From: Microthyrium microscopicum
Taxonomy: Eukaryota
NCBI GenBank assembly: GCA_010405405.1
Contig: MU004230.1
Location: 2,328,627 to 2,392,626, forward strand
Direction: 5' to 3'
DNA: 64,000 nucleotides
Shown here: positions 37,243 to 49,876 of the stretch, one piece after another
Layout: each line of letters opens with the position of its first letter
Numbering within the stretch: position 1 is the stretch's first letter
Notes under the pieces: model-generated
Seen by the model: the letters and a program-made list of their open reading frames with translations, nothing else
Database searches by the model: none
Told to the model about the DNA's origin: nothing
Position numbers and translations under genes: made by a program

Positions 37243-37947
37243 TTAAGGTCCTTGAGGTCCTTGAGGTCCGGTGAATGGTCCAGGAGTTGCTGGTCCGAAG
37301 ATGTTTGTGCAAATGTCGCAGCGACCTACATCGGCGGCGGCGAGCAAGTTGTTGTACTCGGTGTATGCACGTGAGATTTGGAAGTACTTTCCATTGCTCC
37401 TGACATGAAGGACAGTGATGCCGCGAACGGTGGCAGCGGCTTCTGGGGGACCACCGAATCCGCCAGGTACGACCCAGCGGGCAGCAATCTTGTGGCAGCT
37501 GTGGAATACTTCTTCAATCACATATGGATCTGGGAGTGGGAAGAAGACGTATGATGGTAGTCCAGAGACAAAAGCAGCTCTTGAGGCGAAGGTCATTGTG
37601 CCAGGGGCAATTGAAGTCTAACGAACCTCGTCAGTAGATGATCAGCTGTTAGGTCCATTTTGACTTACGCCATTGAAGTTGAGGGTGTTATCTGAGTCAG
37701 AGAAGTATTCGAAGTTTTCCGTGAGCACGTGCGAAGCCACAGTTCCGTCGAGGTTGACGAAGAAGTACTCGAATGTTTCTGCCAGTTTGCGGGCAGTTCT
37801 GTCGTCTAGGCACTCAGGTACGTATGGAGGGCATGGCTTGGGGCATTCAGCGATCTTGCAGTCACAGTCATCATCGTAGCCTCCTGGATATGCGAGAGCG
37901 GGAGCCGCAAGGGCAGCAAGAGATAAAAGAGATTTCCAAGCAACCAT
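37243..37947 (-). CDS. Secreted protein, probable NTF2-like fold
   Basis: Signal peptide MVAWKSLLSLAALAAPALA; Cys-rich linker; LTENF..SDS.N, SCHKIAARW, VRGI, YTEYN pattern. One intron ~37618-37667. Confidence 0.75.
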
Positions 37948-40239
37948 TTTGGCGATAATGAGCTAAACAGATGCAAGGGGAACGGAAGAGAAATTGGAAA
38001 GAGGGCGAAAATGAAGATTTGGCGCTGCCCAATATTGTTAAATAGGTTGGATCAAATATTTGTGGGTTGCTTGGGATGGACCAAGGTGCAAAAATCGCTA
38101 GATCGTAGGAGCTCCTCTTTTGTAGACAGCATCTTGTAGCATACTTTCAGCTGCTGGGACATATTTACAGCTGTTGCAGGACTTAATGGCCAAAGAAATG
38201 ATCAGTGACGTTAGGAGCCGGCAGAGGTCAGCTTCAACAAGGAGGACGAACTTGTTCCTAGCCAAGTTAATAGCTGCAAACACAGCTTCGAATCCACTTT
38301 AGAGCTCAGGGATATTCTATTTTTATCATACTCCACGCGCACATAAACACATATGTATATGATTTGCATGTGCATTGAGTACGTGTGCTGGTCCGCCAGT
38401 GTGTTGGAGCTCAAAAGTGAACCTTAAGTCAAACACAAATGGGGACCGGACCCTTCTCCGCTCGAAATATCAGGAGGGGAATCTTATAGTGCCATAAGAC
38501 TAGACAAAATCTACCAACGTAAGGAAAACTCTATGCGCAACTCACTTTCAGCCTGATAGGGGCAACATTTTTCTTCAGCTATTGGCCAATCAAATGTGAG
38601 CATGGCTAACCTCCCATCTCCCTTTGATCGCCTCCTGTATGTCATCCAGCTCCGATTTGCAGCTGAAAGCTTGTAATTGCACTGTATTCGGTGGTATATC
38701 TTTGTCACTCTAAATCGACCAGCGGCCGTGAAGACCACCTCACAAGCTGTGGACTTCTTCAGCTGCCTCGCATTGCGCATCAGCTCTGAACCGGTCGCGG
38801 CCATGAACGTCAGCGCTGATGCTTTACCTTTTTTCCAGATCGACTTAAAAGTGCTATGGTTTGCTCCGGCCTTGCATGCAATTACTCCCTGCATTGATTC
38901 TCTTTTGCTCCCACAGCTTCGAGCAAGAGTACGGTAGAATCAACTCTGCAACAAGGAACCTTGCAGATGCGTGCACTTGAGCCAAAAAAATAATTCTTCG
39001 ATATGTATTCGATGTTGTGGGAGGCAGCAAGGTGAAGTTCGTATTGTCAGCTGCATGTGGTACAACGGTGCTCTGGAGAACCAAGCTATTCTTCCTTGAA
39101 GAAGTCTTTCCGATGGCACCCGACCAGCTACCAGCTACCAGCACTCCTTTCCTCGTTCAATTTTCGAGTAGAAAACCAAGGCACTTTCGCAAAGAGTGGA
39201 GCCTTCATACCAATCATCAGCGATACATTGGATCGAATTTTCGGCATCTTCATGTGATACCACCAAGAATTTAGTCAGTTCACGATGACCTGATGCAGAA
39301 TTACCACCATTTAGATGAAGTGGAAAGTGTTTTCTATTCAAGTACACAGAGAGTAAGATCAAGAGCTGCGATGGTAACTCGTATTCAAATTCATACGATG
39401 ACTTCGTCGAGCAAGACAGCCTCGCACTGCGATTCCCTTCAGAAAAGAGCTGGAGTTCTGCCAAAACTATAAATATCATATTGACACGGAAACTCAGGTA
39501 GTAGTAAAGTGTTTCCTCGCTTAACGCAATTGAGCTACCTCCAGTGAGTGCTTGAAATCATGAAACCATATGCTATTTGATCCAAGTCTAACTTGCAATG
39601 CGGTTCTTCACAACAACGACGGCGCTAGTAACCAAATTGTATACACCAAATCCGCTACCTACCTCAAGAATGTTATGGCCCCTCGCGTATGATTGGACAG
39701 AGAAACTACTTGATCAAGGAATGGGTTCGATTTGTGCTTTTAAGAACTCAATATTTTCCAGTGTCTGCAAAATCCATTGCCCTCAAATAGTCTGAGTCTC
39801 GACCAGTGGCTAGTCTTACCATGAATGAATCGCAAAATATACAGCGCCCAGGTCAGAAATCTAGAACTAAAGTACTCCAGATCCATTGTCTCTGCAGGAC
39901 CGCTATGTGGTCTTCTTGTGATACTGCGCTGCCTACCCCTTGCATATAAACCACCAACACCAATGTTTACGTTGTCTCGCATGCCACTGCCGCGTTCAAA
40001 GCCCCTCACTATACTCATGGAATTCCTTGCTGACGCGGGGTGATCATCCCTTGAAGAGAGTCTGGGGAAAGAGGCCCGCCCGCCTCTCGCGTGCTTGCGG
40101 ATATATCTTCCACTCTCGTCCAACCAAGGCTTATCTATACTTATCGATTGTCTCGCATTCAGGCTTTAGTTGCATGGAGGAGAGACATCAACGGCAGCCT
40201 GCCTCATCCAAACAAGGTACACCAATCGAACTCAACATC

Positions 40240-41232
40240 ATGTCTTTCGCAAGTAGCTATCCTTCCGTGCCTTTCTGCGATCCATCACTGCCACATCATG
40301 CCAGCTCACATGTATGTTCCGGTTTACCACATCGAGCATGTCGTCAGCCCAGAACATACGAGTTGGGATCGAGTCCAAAAACGCCAGTGTCAGGCGCAAA
40401 GCCTAATCAGCGATGGACTCACCGTAAACAAGCATCGCATGCGCAAACGCGCAACTTCACGATTCAAAATCCCCCAACTCTTCAAGAACCACCGAGCGTC
40501 AAAGCACCGCCTTCTTCTCCTCTGGCTGGCCGATCCAGGACTGTGACATTCTCATCAAATAACCCAAGCACATCCTCTGTGCGTCTCAACCAGCAGCTCG
40601 TGCGCGACGTGCTCACAAAACGCTACACCCAAGAGGCCTCCACAAACGCAGGCGCAGACTCCAATCCATCTGGCGCCTTCGCAGAAAGTCCTGTACTCGG
40701 CTACAATCACTTCAATCGACACCACCGTAACTACTCAGCGCCAGTGTCGCGTTTCGCCTACGCCAGTTCCAGCCAACAAACTGCGAGACTAGCACAGCCA
40801 GTGACAACTCCCAAATCGACACGACCTCGCGCAATCTCCTTCTCGCCCACTGACAAACCACTGCCGTCAAGTCCAGCTTCATCTCCAGGAAGTAGTCCAC
40901 CGGAGGCTAAGCCGTCCACGTTGCACCACACGCGGCCACGTCGGGCAAAACCACCGCCACCCACGGCACCTCTGCGATTGTTTCCCATGTCTTCACCACC
41001 AGCGGCGGCTGAGCGCTCGCCCTCAGTCACGGCGCCGCTGAGCTCCCCAACTACGAGCTACAGGCCGAGCGTTCACATGGCAGCGCGTATTAGCAGTGTT
41101 TTCGAAGACGACGATGAGAAGCTGGGCCTATTGGATTATTTGAAGTGGCCGCTGAGCGAGAGGCGACGACGAAGACGGAGTAGTGGGCAAGGATGGAAGC
41201 GATTGGTGTGTTGTGACAGAGACGATGAATGA
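40240..41232 (+). CDS. Hypothetical Ser/Pro-rich protein
   Basis: Long open frame (track ORF 39940-41232), low complexity, C-terminal SVFEDDDEK plus a basic/CC tail. Start uncertain. Confidence 0.6.
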   Translation: MSFASSYPSVPFCDPSLPHHASSHVCSGLPHRACRQPRTYELGSSPKTPVSGAKPNQRWTHRKQASHAQTRNFTIQNPPTLQEPPSVKAPPSSPLAGRSRTVTFSSNNPSTSSVRLNQQLVRDVLTKRYTQEASTNAGADSNPSGAFAESPVLGYNHFNRHHRNYSAPVSRFAYASSSQQTARLAQPVTTPKSTRPRAISFSPTDKPLPSSPASSPGSSPPEAKPSTLHHTRPRRAKPPPPTAPLRLFPMSSPPAAAERSPSVTAPLSSPTTSYRPSVHMAARISSVFEDDDEKLGLLDYLKWPLSERRRRRRSSGQGWKRLVCCDRDDE

Positions 41233-41389
41233 TGGGTGTTGAAGGTTTCGGTTATGAATGATGATGAATGAGATGAATTGATATGCCATAAGGTTCAGTG
41301 GCTGGCTGCATGAAAGCCAACAAAAGAGCAACTTTGTAAATGTTTTCTAGATGCTAATCTCACAATCAAGAGATTTTCATCACCATACC

Positions 41390-42478
41390 TTATGTGCCTT
41401 TCAAGCGACCCCATTCTAAATCGATGCCAACGTCGCCGTCATCGCCAACGACTTTGCCTCGATCCCATTCCCGCCCCTCTCCTTTGCGCGCCCATTTCAC
41501 GTCGTCGGCTGTCTTTTCGTCGCCAGTTTCCCAACGCTTGACTTGCTCGTCCGTGAATCCTGCCAGTCGTAGGCGCTCTGCCCCTTGCTGTCGCCATCGT
41601 GCGCGGGCCTGCATCGCTTCTATTGATTGTTCCCAGTCGTCATCGTCAGACGCGGGTGCCACGTCGGCGGCAGGGTCGTAGTCATCTGCAAAATGTGCAT
41701 CTAGGGTTGAAGTCTTGCTGAAAGCGCCCCGACCGCGCCGTTGGACTGGTGGGGGTGGAGGAGGCCCAATGAGTGCTTCAAGCGGGTCAGAATCACTGGC
41801 GCGTGATGGAGAAGGAGACTGTTTGCGGCGCTTGTGTCGTGCACGCGGTGGACTTTGTGTGGGAGATTTAGACCGCCGACGGTGTCGCGAGCTTTTATGA
41901 TGTCGTCTTGAGCGTGCGGGAGATCTCGAACGTGATCGTGACTGTGAATTTGAGGGTGAGCGATGTCTGCGCGAGGACTTGTGGTTTTCGCGGTGTCGAT
42001 CTGAATGCTTGCTTCTGGAACCGTCGTGTTTACTCCGTCGAGATCTTGACTTGTCATCGTGGCTGTCATTATGGGAGTCGTCACGGCGAGACTTGTCTTT
42101 TCGTCTGTCTTGGTCGTCCAGTCGATGGGAGGATCGATCTCTCCTTCGCTCGCGCTTTCGGTCTCCGTCCTCGTCGACTCGTCTTCGCTTTCTGTCCCGC
42201 CTGCTCTTCCCAGAATCTTCACCCGTCCTCTCTCGCTTAAAGTCTTTTAGCTTCGCCTTTGCTTCATCGGCTTCTTTTGCTAATAGAGCTGCATTGTGGC
42301 CTTGAGTCTCGCGTAAAAGATTATTCAAGAAGCGCACATTTGGTTTTGGTGCAGCGCCTGTTGGTCGCTTCGGAAGGAGGGCGCTAATGCCAACCTGGGC
42401 ATACTGTTTGGAGGTAATTTGGGCATCGGCTTTAAGGAGTGTAGCTACATAATCGTCAGAAAGGTCCTCGGCAGGCAT
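41390..42478 (-). CDS. Conserved fungal Arg/Ser/Asp-rich nuclear protein (often labelled pre-mRNA-splicing factor 38B-like)
   Basis: DDYVATLL, KPNVRFL..LRETQGHNAAL, RS-rich middle, LIGP.PP, RGRG, VKWARKGEGREWDRGK. Confidence 0.75.
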   Translation of the reverse strand: MPAEDLSDDYVATLLKADAQITSKQYAQVGISALLPKRPTGAAPKPNVRFLNNLLRETQGHNAALLAKEADEAKAKLKDFKRERTGEDSGKSRRDRKRRRVDEDGDRKRERRRDRSSHRLDDQDRRKDKSRRDDSHNDSHDDKSRSRRSKHDGSRSKHSDRHRENHKSSRRHRSPSNSQSRSRSRSPARSRRHHKSSRHRRRSKSPTQSPPRARHKRRKQSPSPSRASDSDPLEALIGPPPPPPVQRRGRGAFSKTSTLDAHFADDYDPAADVAPASDDDDWEQSIEAMQARARWRQQGAERLRLAGFTDEQVKRWETGDEKTADDVKWARKGEGREWDRGKVVGDDGDVGIDLEWGRLKGT

Positions 42479-43146
42479 AGCTTCGCGTGCTGAAGGTTGG
42501 CGATCAACTGAGGGATTGAGATGGCGGGAAGTGGTGATGAAGGTTGATCCCACGGATTTAGCCCGGAATTAACGTCGAATTCACTTTACTTCATCTCATC
42601 TTTTGAAAACTTTATGCTTACCATTTTCCATGTTTTAGTGCGTCTATTCAAGATGAATCAACAGGTTTGACTTAGGTTGATTCTCTTTGTATCTGTTTAG
42701 GTAGTCCGCACTATTGCAAGTTACTTCGTACAGCACGCCTGGCCCAGGCCCCCAAGGCGATTGACCCGATATTTCAATTGCAGGTTGCGACAAGGACAAC
42801 CTCTAATAACGCGCTGTTATTGGAGGTCAACACCTGCTGGCTACTCTTGTAGTTGTCCAAAGAAGAAGGGTTGAAAGCAAAAGCCTCGAAGCTAGCAGAT
42901 TCGGAAATTTTCGTCGAGAAAGAAGATGGACCGATCGATGACGATAGCGGCTGAACATGTGTAAAAGTGACCGAGCTTCCTACGAGAAAGTGTCTCAGCT
43001 CTCCTGATGGTGGTTGAACACAAATTTCTGCTTACACTACGGTCTCAAGATTAACAAACGGTATTGCGGAGAGTAAACACTCACCCAGCACGCCAGATAG
43101 ATAACGCATACTTTGTGCATAAAACCGTCGTGCAACATATCCTGAG

Positions 43147-44815
43147 ATGTGGGATCAGCTGGAACCAACGGCGCCCCACGTCACATATCTCACGATATCA
43201 ATATTCCTCATTATATATGCCCTTTTCTCGGTCTTTATCAGGGACAAGCTCCATCTCTCAGGTAAGAAGCCACATGGCTCATGAAGCGTCATAAGGCTGA
43301 CTCACTACTCAGAACCTCCTTTGGCTGTTTTGTATGGCATCGTTCTTGGTCCACATGTTCTGAAAGTTATCGTTCCCAACGATTGGGGCTTTAATGATGA
43401 GATCCTCCAAGAAATTACTCGTATCATTGTCGGTATCCAATGCTTCGTTGTTGGGATCGAGCTGCCAAAGCTGTATTTTGGACGGTAAGGTTTTTCCCTG
43501 TGAAATCGAGTATCTCTTGACAACATTGGATGAACTCAAGAACATCGTTTCTCTATCGCACTCGGCGGGTGTTTCAATGTTTCACCGCAAAAGACCTTCT
43601 AGTCTTTCCAGGCGCGTTAGCGTTGATTGTGATCTTGTACTGACGAATTTCAGTCATTGGGAATCAGTACTTTACCTCCTGGGACCGATCATGACGTTTT
43701 CATGGGCTGTAACATCAATACTCGCCTACATCATTTTCCAGTGTTCTGTACCTACTGCAATGATCATTGGGGCTTGCCTCTCACCCACGGATCCCGTCTT
43801 AGCAGCCAGCGTCCTCTCAGAATCACACTTCAGCAAGAGAGTTCCGAAGCGGCTTAGGGATCTCTTATCCGCAGAATCAGCCTGCAATGACGGAGTCTCC
43901 TACCCGTTCCTTTACATCGGTGTGGTGGCACTCAACTATTCTCACAATGCAGGCGAAGCATTCAAGGAATGGTTCTTGATTACAGTCCTCTGGCAATGCG
44001 CATTTGGTATTTTTTCGGGAATCATTATCGGCAACACTGCCAATAGAGTTCTCCGCTTTTCAGATGGACGAGGCTACATCTCGAGACCATCATTCATCGT
44101 GTTCTACCTCCTCCTGGCTATGCTCAGCATCGGCGTTGGATCAACTCTTGGCACGGACGACTTTCTGGTGGCATTTGGAGCAGGCGTTGGTTTTGCACAT
44201 GATGGCTGGTTCAGCAAGAAGATCAAAGATGCACCATTCCCAATCATCGTCGACCTGATTCTCAACAGCAGCATGTTCGTTTTGTTCGGGTCTATTATAC
44301 CATGGCAGATGTTCCTGCCTCGAGAAATCACGCCTCACTGCGGGATATGGCAGCTCGTCCTGTTCCTCATCCTCGTCTTGCTATTCCGACGTATCCCGAT
44401 CGTGCTAGCGATGAAGCGCTTCATCCCCGATGTTCGCACGTACCGTGAAGCGCTCTTCTGCGGCCATTTCGGGCCCATGGGTGTTGGTGCATTGTTTCTT
44501 GCTATGGAATCTAGAGCTGAGCTCGAGAACGGGACTTCAGTCCCGTGGGGCAAGCCGAGGAAACTGACTCCACCATTCAGCAACAACGACAAGGCAATTG
44601 AGCTGGTATGGCCAGTAATTTGCTTTGTGGTGTTCGGAAGCACGTTCGTGCATGGTTTAAGTACGCTGGGTATCAGCGTCGTCGGACATTTCAGTCGCAA
44701 AGAGGGTGAGAGAGCGCCACTTTTGGCGCAACAGACGGATGGCCTTGATTCAATGGTTCATGAAGGCGGTGGTGGCGAGAGCGAGCCGGAAGTCAGTGGT
44801 AGTGATTATGAGTAG
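43147..44815 (+). CDS. Plasma-membrane Na+/H+ antiporter (Nha1/Sod2 family, CPA1)
   Basis: MWDQLEP start; IRDKLHLSEPPLA; PTDPVLA; ESACNDG; GTDD; RRIP; GHFGPMGVGA; VHGLS. Introns ~43262-43311 and ~43484-43653. Confidence 0.93.
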
Positions 44816-45097
44816 GCTGCATTACTCCGAACTGGAGTCGTAGCAATTTCCATGGCAAGAGTCATGACATTTAAGACGTCAGCGTTTTAATATGTTTCCC
44901 ACATTTATCGGATTCGAGAGTAAAAATTATCCTTCATTGTTCAGTTCATCAGCTCTGGAGCTAATTCTTAAGGTCCAAGCCACAACAGACTTCTATGTAT
45001 GCCGATGTGGCTGTCATACCTTCAGTAGCCCATATTGGACAAACAACACCCCAAGAGATACAATATGTGTTCACCATTGAACCACTGCCTCAATTTT

Positions 45098-45703
45098 CTA
45101 TGCCAACTTTCGTCCAGTCATCTCTCGCACTTCATTGTCAATTTCTCCCATAAGTACATCGAGAACCTCGAAGCGGAACGTCGGATTGCAGCCGTCCAAG
45201 AGTGTACGGATGGTTCTAAAGTGACTCTGCAAGTAGTTAGTGCTCTTTCCGTAGACTGATGTTGGATTCGGCGTGCCGTGCTTTTCTGCGTCCAGAATCG
45301 CAGTCACTTCTCTCATTGGCATGTCGTCGGGGAAGTTGCCATGCTCATCCAAATTGCCCTGATATGAGGTTGCGACTCCTTGTCCGGTGGACTCTGCCAG
45401 TGCGATAGCTGCCACTGCCTTGTCGATCTTTTTGCGCAGGTTCACAATCAAGATCTCGATAGTAGGGTCGAACGTAGGTAGTGGCATGGGACCAAAGACC
45501 GTTGGTGGCATTGCTGGATCATTGGCGGCGACAGATTGCTCACTTGAATTGCTGTTTTGCGCTTGTTCTTTGATGTCGGTGTCCTGGGCGATTGGAGCCT
45601 GGACATTATGCCCGTCTTGATGAGACGGTTCATCACCAGAGTTGATAGTGTCGCCGATAGCAGAGCCCTTGCTCTGCTTGCTTTGTGGGTGTTCTTCAGT
45701 CAT
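45098..45703 (-). CDS. Orphan hypothetical protein (201 aa, starts MTEE)
   Basis: Intronless ORF, good Kozak context (GCCATG), TATAAAA ~85 bp upstream, acidic/helical composition. Confidence 0.65.
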   Translation of the reverse strand: MTEEHPQSKQSKGSAIGDTINSGDEPSHQDGHNVQAPIAQDTDIKEQAQNSNSSEQSVAANDPAMPPTVFGPMPLPTFDPTIEILIVNLRKKIDKAVAAIALAESTGQGVATSYQGNLDEHGNFPDDMPMREVTAILDAEKHGTPNPTSVYGKSTNYLQSHFRTIRTLLDGCNPTFRFEVLDVLMGEIDNEVREMTGRKLA

Positions 45704-46495
45704 GGCGATTGGTTGGCAATGTATGGTGGATAGTTTCGCTTCAGATGTTTGGTGTCTGTGTGATGGGAAGAGGGAGGAGAGGGCCTTTTATACTTCAAGA
45801 CTTTGAGAGAGGCCTGGTAAGGCGTCAACTCTCCTATGCTTCCTTCCTCTTCTGGCACTCACTTTTCACTATGCTGGAGCCTCACTACTTGACCAGGCAA
45901 CAAGTCTCAAGCTCTCAACTCGCTCCTCAATCAATTGAAAGAGCCTCGAGTGCTACCTGAAAAGGCAGGCAAACTTTATGACCTGTCATTCAAGGGTTCA
46001 TTCTACCAAGGTGCATAATATTTCAAGATATTTGAGAATAGCTATGAACAGGAACTATCCTGGAATTTCAACACCATCGAACATACAACAATCTATGGCG
46101 AATTGCTTGGTAAGTTTTTTTTCGCTACTTATCCCTTCAACTGAAATAGAAAGCCATTCAAGCAGTGCCATTCATCTGAAGCGATTCTAGGAGACTATAT
46201 ATACAAGCTGTTCCAGCTTTCTCGATCGTGGGCTTGATGAGAATAGTCCATCTACAAGAGCATCTGCGTGTTTTCCTGCGCCTGACTTGGTCTCATAAGG
46301 TTACAGGATGGTCACCATAAGGGAGCTGGTCAGCCGGGCTCGGCCACTCGCCCTGCGTACGACACAGGAAGAGCTGACGGCAAACGGACGTTTGTCTTCG
46401 CTAAATGTAGTATTAGCTTCTGCAAATCTGATAACACAGGTATGGGACACATCATGCTTGCTTACCTCAATTACAAGGCCCATAGACAGCAGGAT

Positions 46496-47029
46496 TCAGC
46501 GAACATCGTCTTCTTCGTTGAACATACAAAACTGGTGTGTGCTCCATAGGAAACCTATAGCACCATCTGCAAGAGTGAGTATGAAATAAATGGTTTCATA
46601 ATCGCAGATGTCCAGATTTGGGTGCGCCATGTAGGCTTTTGCCAGGTCAACTTCTGCCAAGATACGATTCAGATACTGCCGGGAGTAGATTGGTTGGCCT
46701 GGTCGCTCGTCAAGTTCGTCATGAGTTATATCGTATGGATATATAGCTCCTTCGTGCTGCTGTGCTAGAGAATGTATCGACTTATCCACGTCCTTGAGAA
46801 TACTGTCAATCATAGTCCATAGGTCTGTGATTTCTTCTTCAGTGATGGGGACCTCATGATCCTCCACAAGAGGAGGTCGGATGAGGATGACAGGACGGTG
46901 GATTGTTTGATAGTCTTCGTCGTCGATCTCAACCAGCTGGCTGGGGTCAATTGCCCAGTTGTAACTGGCGATGATTTGTTCTGTGGTGATTTCATTGCCA
47001 TCGACAATTGGCGGTAGTTCCTCTCTCAT
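46496..47029 (-). CDS. Orphan MREE-family protein, paralog A (177 aa)
   Basis: Aligns by eye to 47612-48178 and 49349-49876 (LDERPGQPIYSRQYLNRILAEVDLA). Confidence 0.8.
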   Translation of the reverse strand: MREELPPIVDGNEITTEQIIASYNWAIDPSQLVEIDDEDYQTIHRPVILIRPPLVEDHEVPITEEEITDLWTMIDSILKDVDKSIHSLAQQHEGAIYPYDITHDELDERPGQPIYSRQYLNRILAEVDLAKAYMAHPNLDICDYETIYFILTLADGAIGFLWSTHQFCMFNEEDDVR

Positions 47030-47611
47030 GGCGCCAAAGACTTTGAAGCGATTTGTTTTGTGGATTGGCGGTTAAGGGCCGAAAAGATGAGAAGCAGGGG
47101 AGTTGGAGAAAAAGAAGCTCATGTCGAATCTCAATCGACTATATAGGGACTGCAACCTTGAAGAGGTGCGCGATAATCTTCACTACAAGGAGATGCTATA
47201 ATTCACCCAAGGTTGTTCCATATAGGCATCCTCATAGGGAGTGAACGTGCAGTCACTGCGCAAATTCAGGTGCTATTTACCTCAACTGAACCCGGCTCTT
47301 TTTGGTCGATTGCGGCAAGTAGAGTCTTGTTTGAGAGCCTTCACTGTTGATTCTATGTAAGGCTCAGAAATGGCTCAGATTTTGTCGTACAAGATTGAGC
47401 AAGTTGTTGGCCGCGCCAGGTGAAACTATTTCTTCGGGGTATGGATTGTGTAGAGCTGAAAGCAATCAATGATGACACTGCTACCTGGAGTATTAGCCGC
47501 CGTGCCATATCAGGAAGCAGAATTGGGAACGTAATATCAGCTTACTATCAATCCTGTCATGCCATTTCGTATGAGACGACTGCCACCAAGACCAATATTT
47601 TACAGCAGTGT

Positions 47612-48178
47612 TTAGACGAAGTTGTTTTCGTCTGTAGGAGCTTGGGTCCAGTTTGACATCTGATACTCGAACCACATTCGCGATGCAGCTCTCTGCGCTG
47701 TATAGAGAATATCAAGAGCAGGCACATAACGTGACTGCGCATCCAGATCTGAGGTCAATATGCGCGTCTCCGCCAGATCAACCACTGCCGCTATACGTTC
47801 CAAATAGTCTATTGAGAGAATCGGTTGACCGGGCAGCTGGTCAAGGCTGTCATGGTCCACTTCTTTCGTAACTTTAAAGTCCTCCCGCTCGCGTAAATCA
47901 ACAACCTTCTCATATACCTGGTCGACAAGGTCGTCAATCTCATTCATAGCATTTGCGATTGCTTGTGCGGTGAGGGGTTCCTCAGGTTCGTCCTCAAGTC
48001 CGTTCTGCATCTCTTCCAGATGAGGAGTTTGAACAAATCTCGCAAGATTTCGATTGAGATCAAGGTCTGGATCGATCGCCCGCAGCTGGTTGGGATCGAT
48101 CGACAGGTTATAGAAAGCGATGATATCTTCTGCGGTGAGTTCTCGGCCCGCCACGGTCGGTGCTTGTTCTTCTCTCAT
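47612..48178 (-). CDS. Orphan MREE-family protein, paralog B (188 aa)
   Basis: MREE..G.E.T.E.IIA.YN..IDP.QL shared with paralog A; LDQLPGQPILSIDYLERIAAVVDLA. Confidence 0.8.
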   Translation of the reverse strand: MREEQAPTVAGRELTAEDIIAFYNLSIDPNQLRAIDPDLDLNRNLARFVQTPHLEEMQNGLEDEPEEPLTAQAIANAMNEIDDLVDQVYEKVVDLREREDFKVTKEVDHDSLDQLPGQPILSIDYLERIAAVVDLAETRILTSDLDAQSRYVPALDILYTAQRAASRMWFEYQMSNWTQAPTDENNFV

Positions 48179-49348
48179 GATGCCGAAGCTTTGATATACA
48201 TTTGTTGTATGTGCTGTCTGTAGCTACTACCTACGGAGCTTGGAGAAATTCCGAAGTCGACTTGTTCCGGTTTGACAGGATGAGTGTTTGGAGAGCCGAG
48301 GAGATAGAAAGAAGGAGATCTGGAGAAGAACAAGTTAAATTAAATCTCCAGAAGCCTTATAGGAATCGCGATTTGAAAGAAGAGGTGCGCAATCATTTCC
48401 ACTACAGGACGGACGCGATACTTCACCTCAGCTTGTTATATAGGTAAACTTCCAAAGAGATAAACTTGAGCTACTTCGCAGTTTGAGGTGCCAACAGCTT
48501 CAATTTGGACGACCTGAATATCCCAATTGAGACTATCAAAGATCTACTCGGCAGCCTTATCGCATGGTCGTAATCAAGATCTGGTATGTACATGCCGCGC
48601 TCTAAAATTTCGAATCTACTCATAAAACGGTTTGTAACGGTCTTGTAAAGATGATCAAGGAGTGAAGTTTGGGAACCATTACGTGAGATGATGTCGATAT
48701 TTTAAACGTGTACAACTTGTTTGCCTATATGCTATTGGAAATTCCTGCTCTTAGTCGATCTGATTGCGTTCTCCTTCCCGGTGCTTTGTGTCAATGTCCA
48801 GTGCCAATTTCCTAACTAAAAGACTACTGAAAGATTTCTATATTGACGATAACACGAACAGAGGGCCATCATTATAGTTATTATTCTGCCCTCTACCATA
48901 TGAAAGCAATTGGTCAATCATGAACTCGGATAGGTTTGATTATGATGACCTACACGCAAGCAATGCTGGTGGACTTATGTTTGTTATGTCTTCATTGCTC
49001 ACACCTACTCTAAACTAGATATCAATGCTAAGTTTAATAATGTTATATTGCTAGGGAGTGTGCAGGGAGCATCACTTCGAGTGGTTTGGATAATTTCTAT
49101 TAGGCCATGATAGTTGTTCTCCTTTTCTCGAACCACATCCGTGATGGACCAAAGGACTTCTTGGGCAAAGTCGTCCAAGTTTTGCGATTTCCAGCTATAT
49201 ACATAGGATTTCAGGGCTCTTCTAAGTCAAAATTAGAATCTAGATCACTATCGTTCGCGTTCAATGCAAGGGGTCACTCGCTTCTGCGCGCCGGAGGCCT
49301 CTTTCATAAAAAATAGATGATACGATATTCAGAAATTGGGCTCAACCA

Positions 49349-49876
49349 TCATTCGCGTGGAAGCCGACTCATGATTGCCTCATGATAAATTGACCACGGA
49401 CCAAGTATCGCATCTTCCGCTGCAGAAAGTATGGACTCCGCAGTCAGTAGTCGGGAAGTCAGATTCAAGCTTCCGTCCGTCATGAGTTCTTTTGCCAGGT
49501 CCACTTCCTCCAATATGCGCTTGAGATATCGGCGCGATGTTATAGGCTCATTTTCCAGGTTTTGAAGGTCGTCACGTACGACTGGAACTGCATCTGCGAC
49601 TAAATCTGATCCGGGTTGTTGCAGAGAATCAAGCTGTTCGTTCACCGACGCAAGAAGCTCTTCGATGCTTTCGCGTGCTTGTGTGATCTCTTGGACTGTG
49701 GCAGCACCAGCTAAGTCCCCTCCGAATGGGCCGTTTAATGTTTGAAGAAGCGTGGTAGGAGGCATATTACCTGCCATCAGACGAGGATTAACAACTTGGA
49801 TGTTGAAACGGCTCATAATCTCGTTGGTCGTGGGCTCTTCGCCTGCCGCGTTTGTTGGAAGGCGCTCTTCTCTCAT
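49349..49876 (-). CDS. Orphan MREE-family protein, paralog C (175 aa)
   Basis: MREERLP..GEEPTTNEI; LQNLENEPITSRRYLKRILEEVDLAK; C-terminal IL..AE.AI...W like paralog A. Confidence 0.8.
   Translation of the reverse strand: MREERLPTNAAGEEPTTNEIMSRFNIQVVNPRLMAGNMPPTTLLQTLNGPFGGDLAGAATVQEITQARESIEELLASVNEQLDSLQQPGSDLVADAVPVVRDDLQNLENEPITSRRYLKRILEEVDLAKELMTDGSLNLTSRLLTAESILSAAEDAILGPWSIYHEAIMSRLPRE

Noticed and set aside
38098..39800. Short ORFs upstream of the secreted NTF2-like gene
   Set aside because: No coding-like composition or motifs; likely promoter or intergenic sequence.
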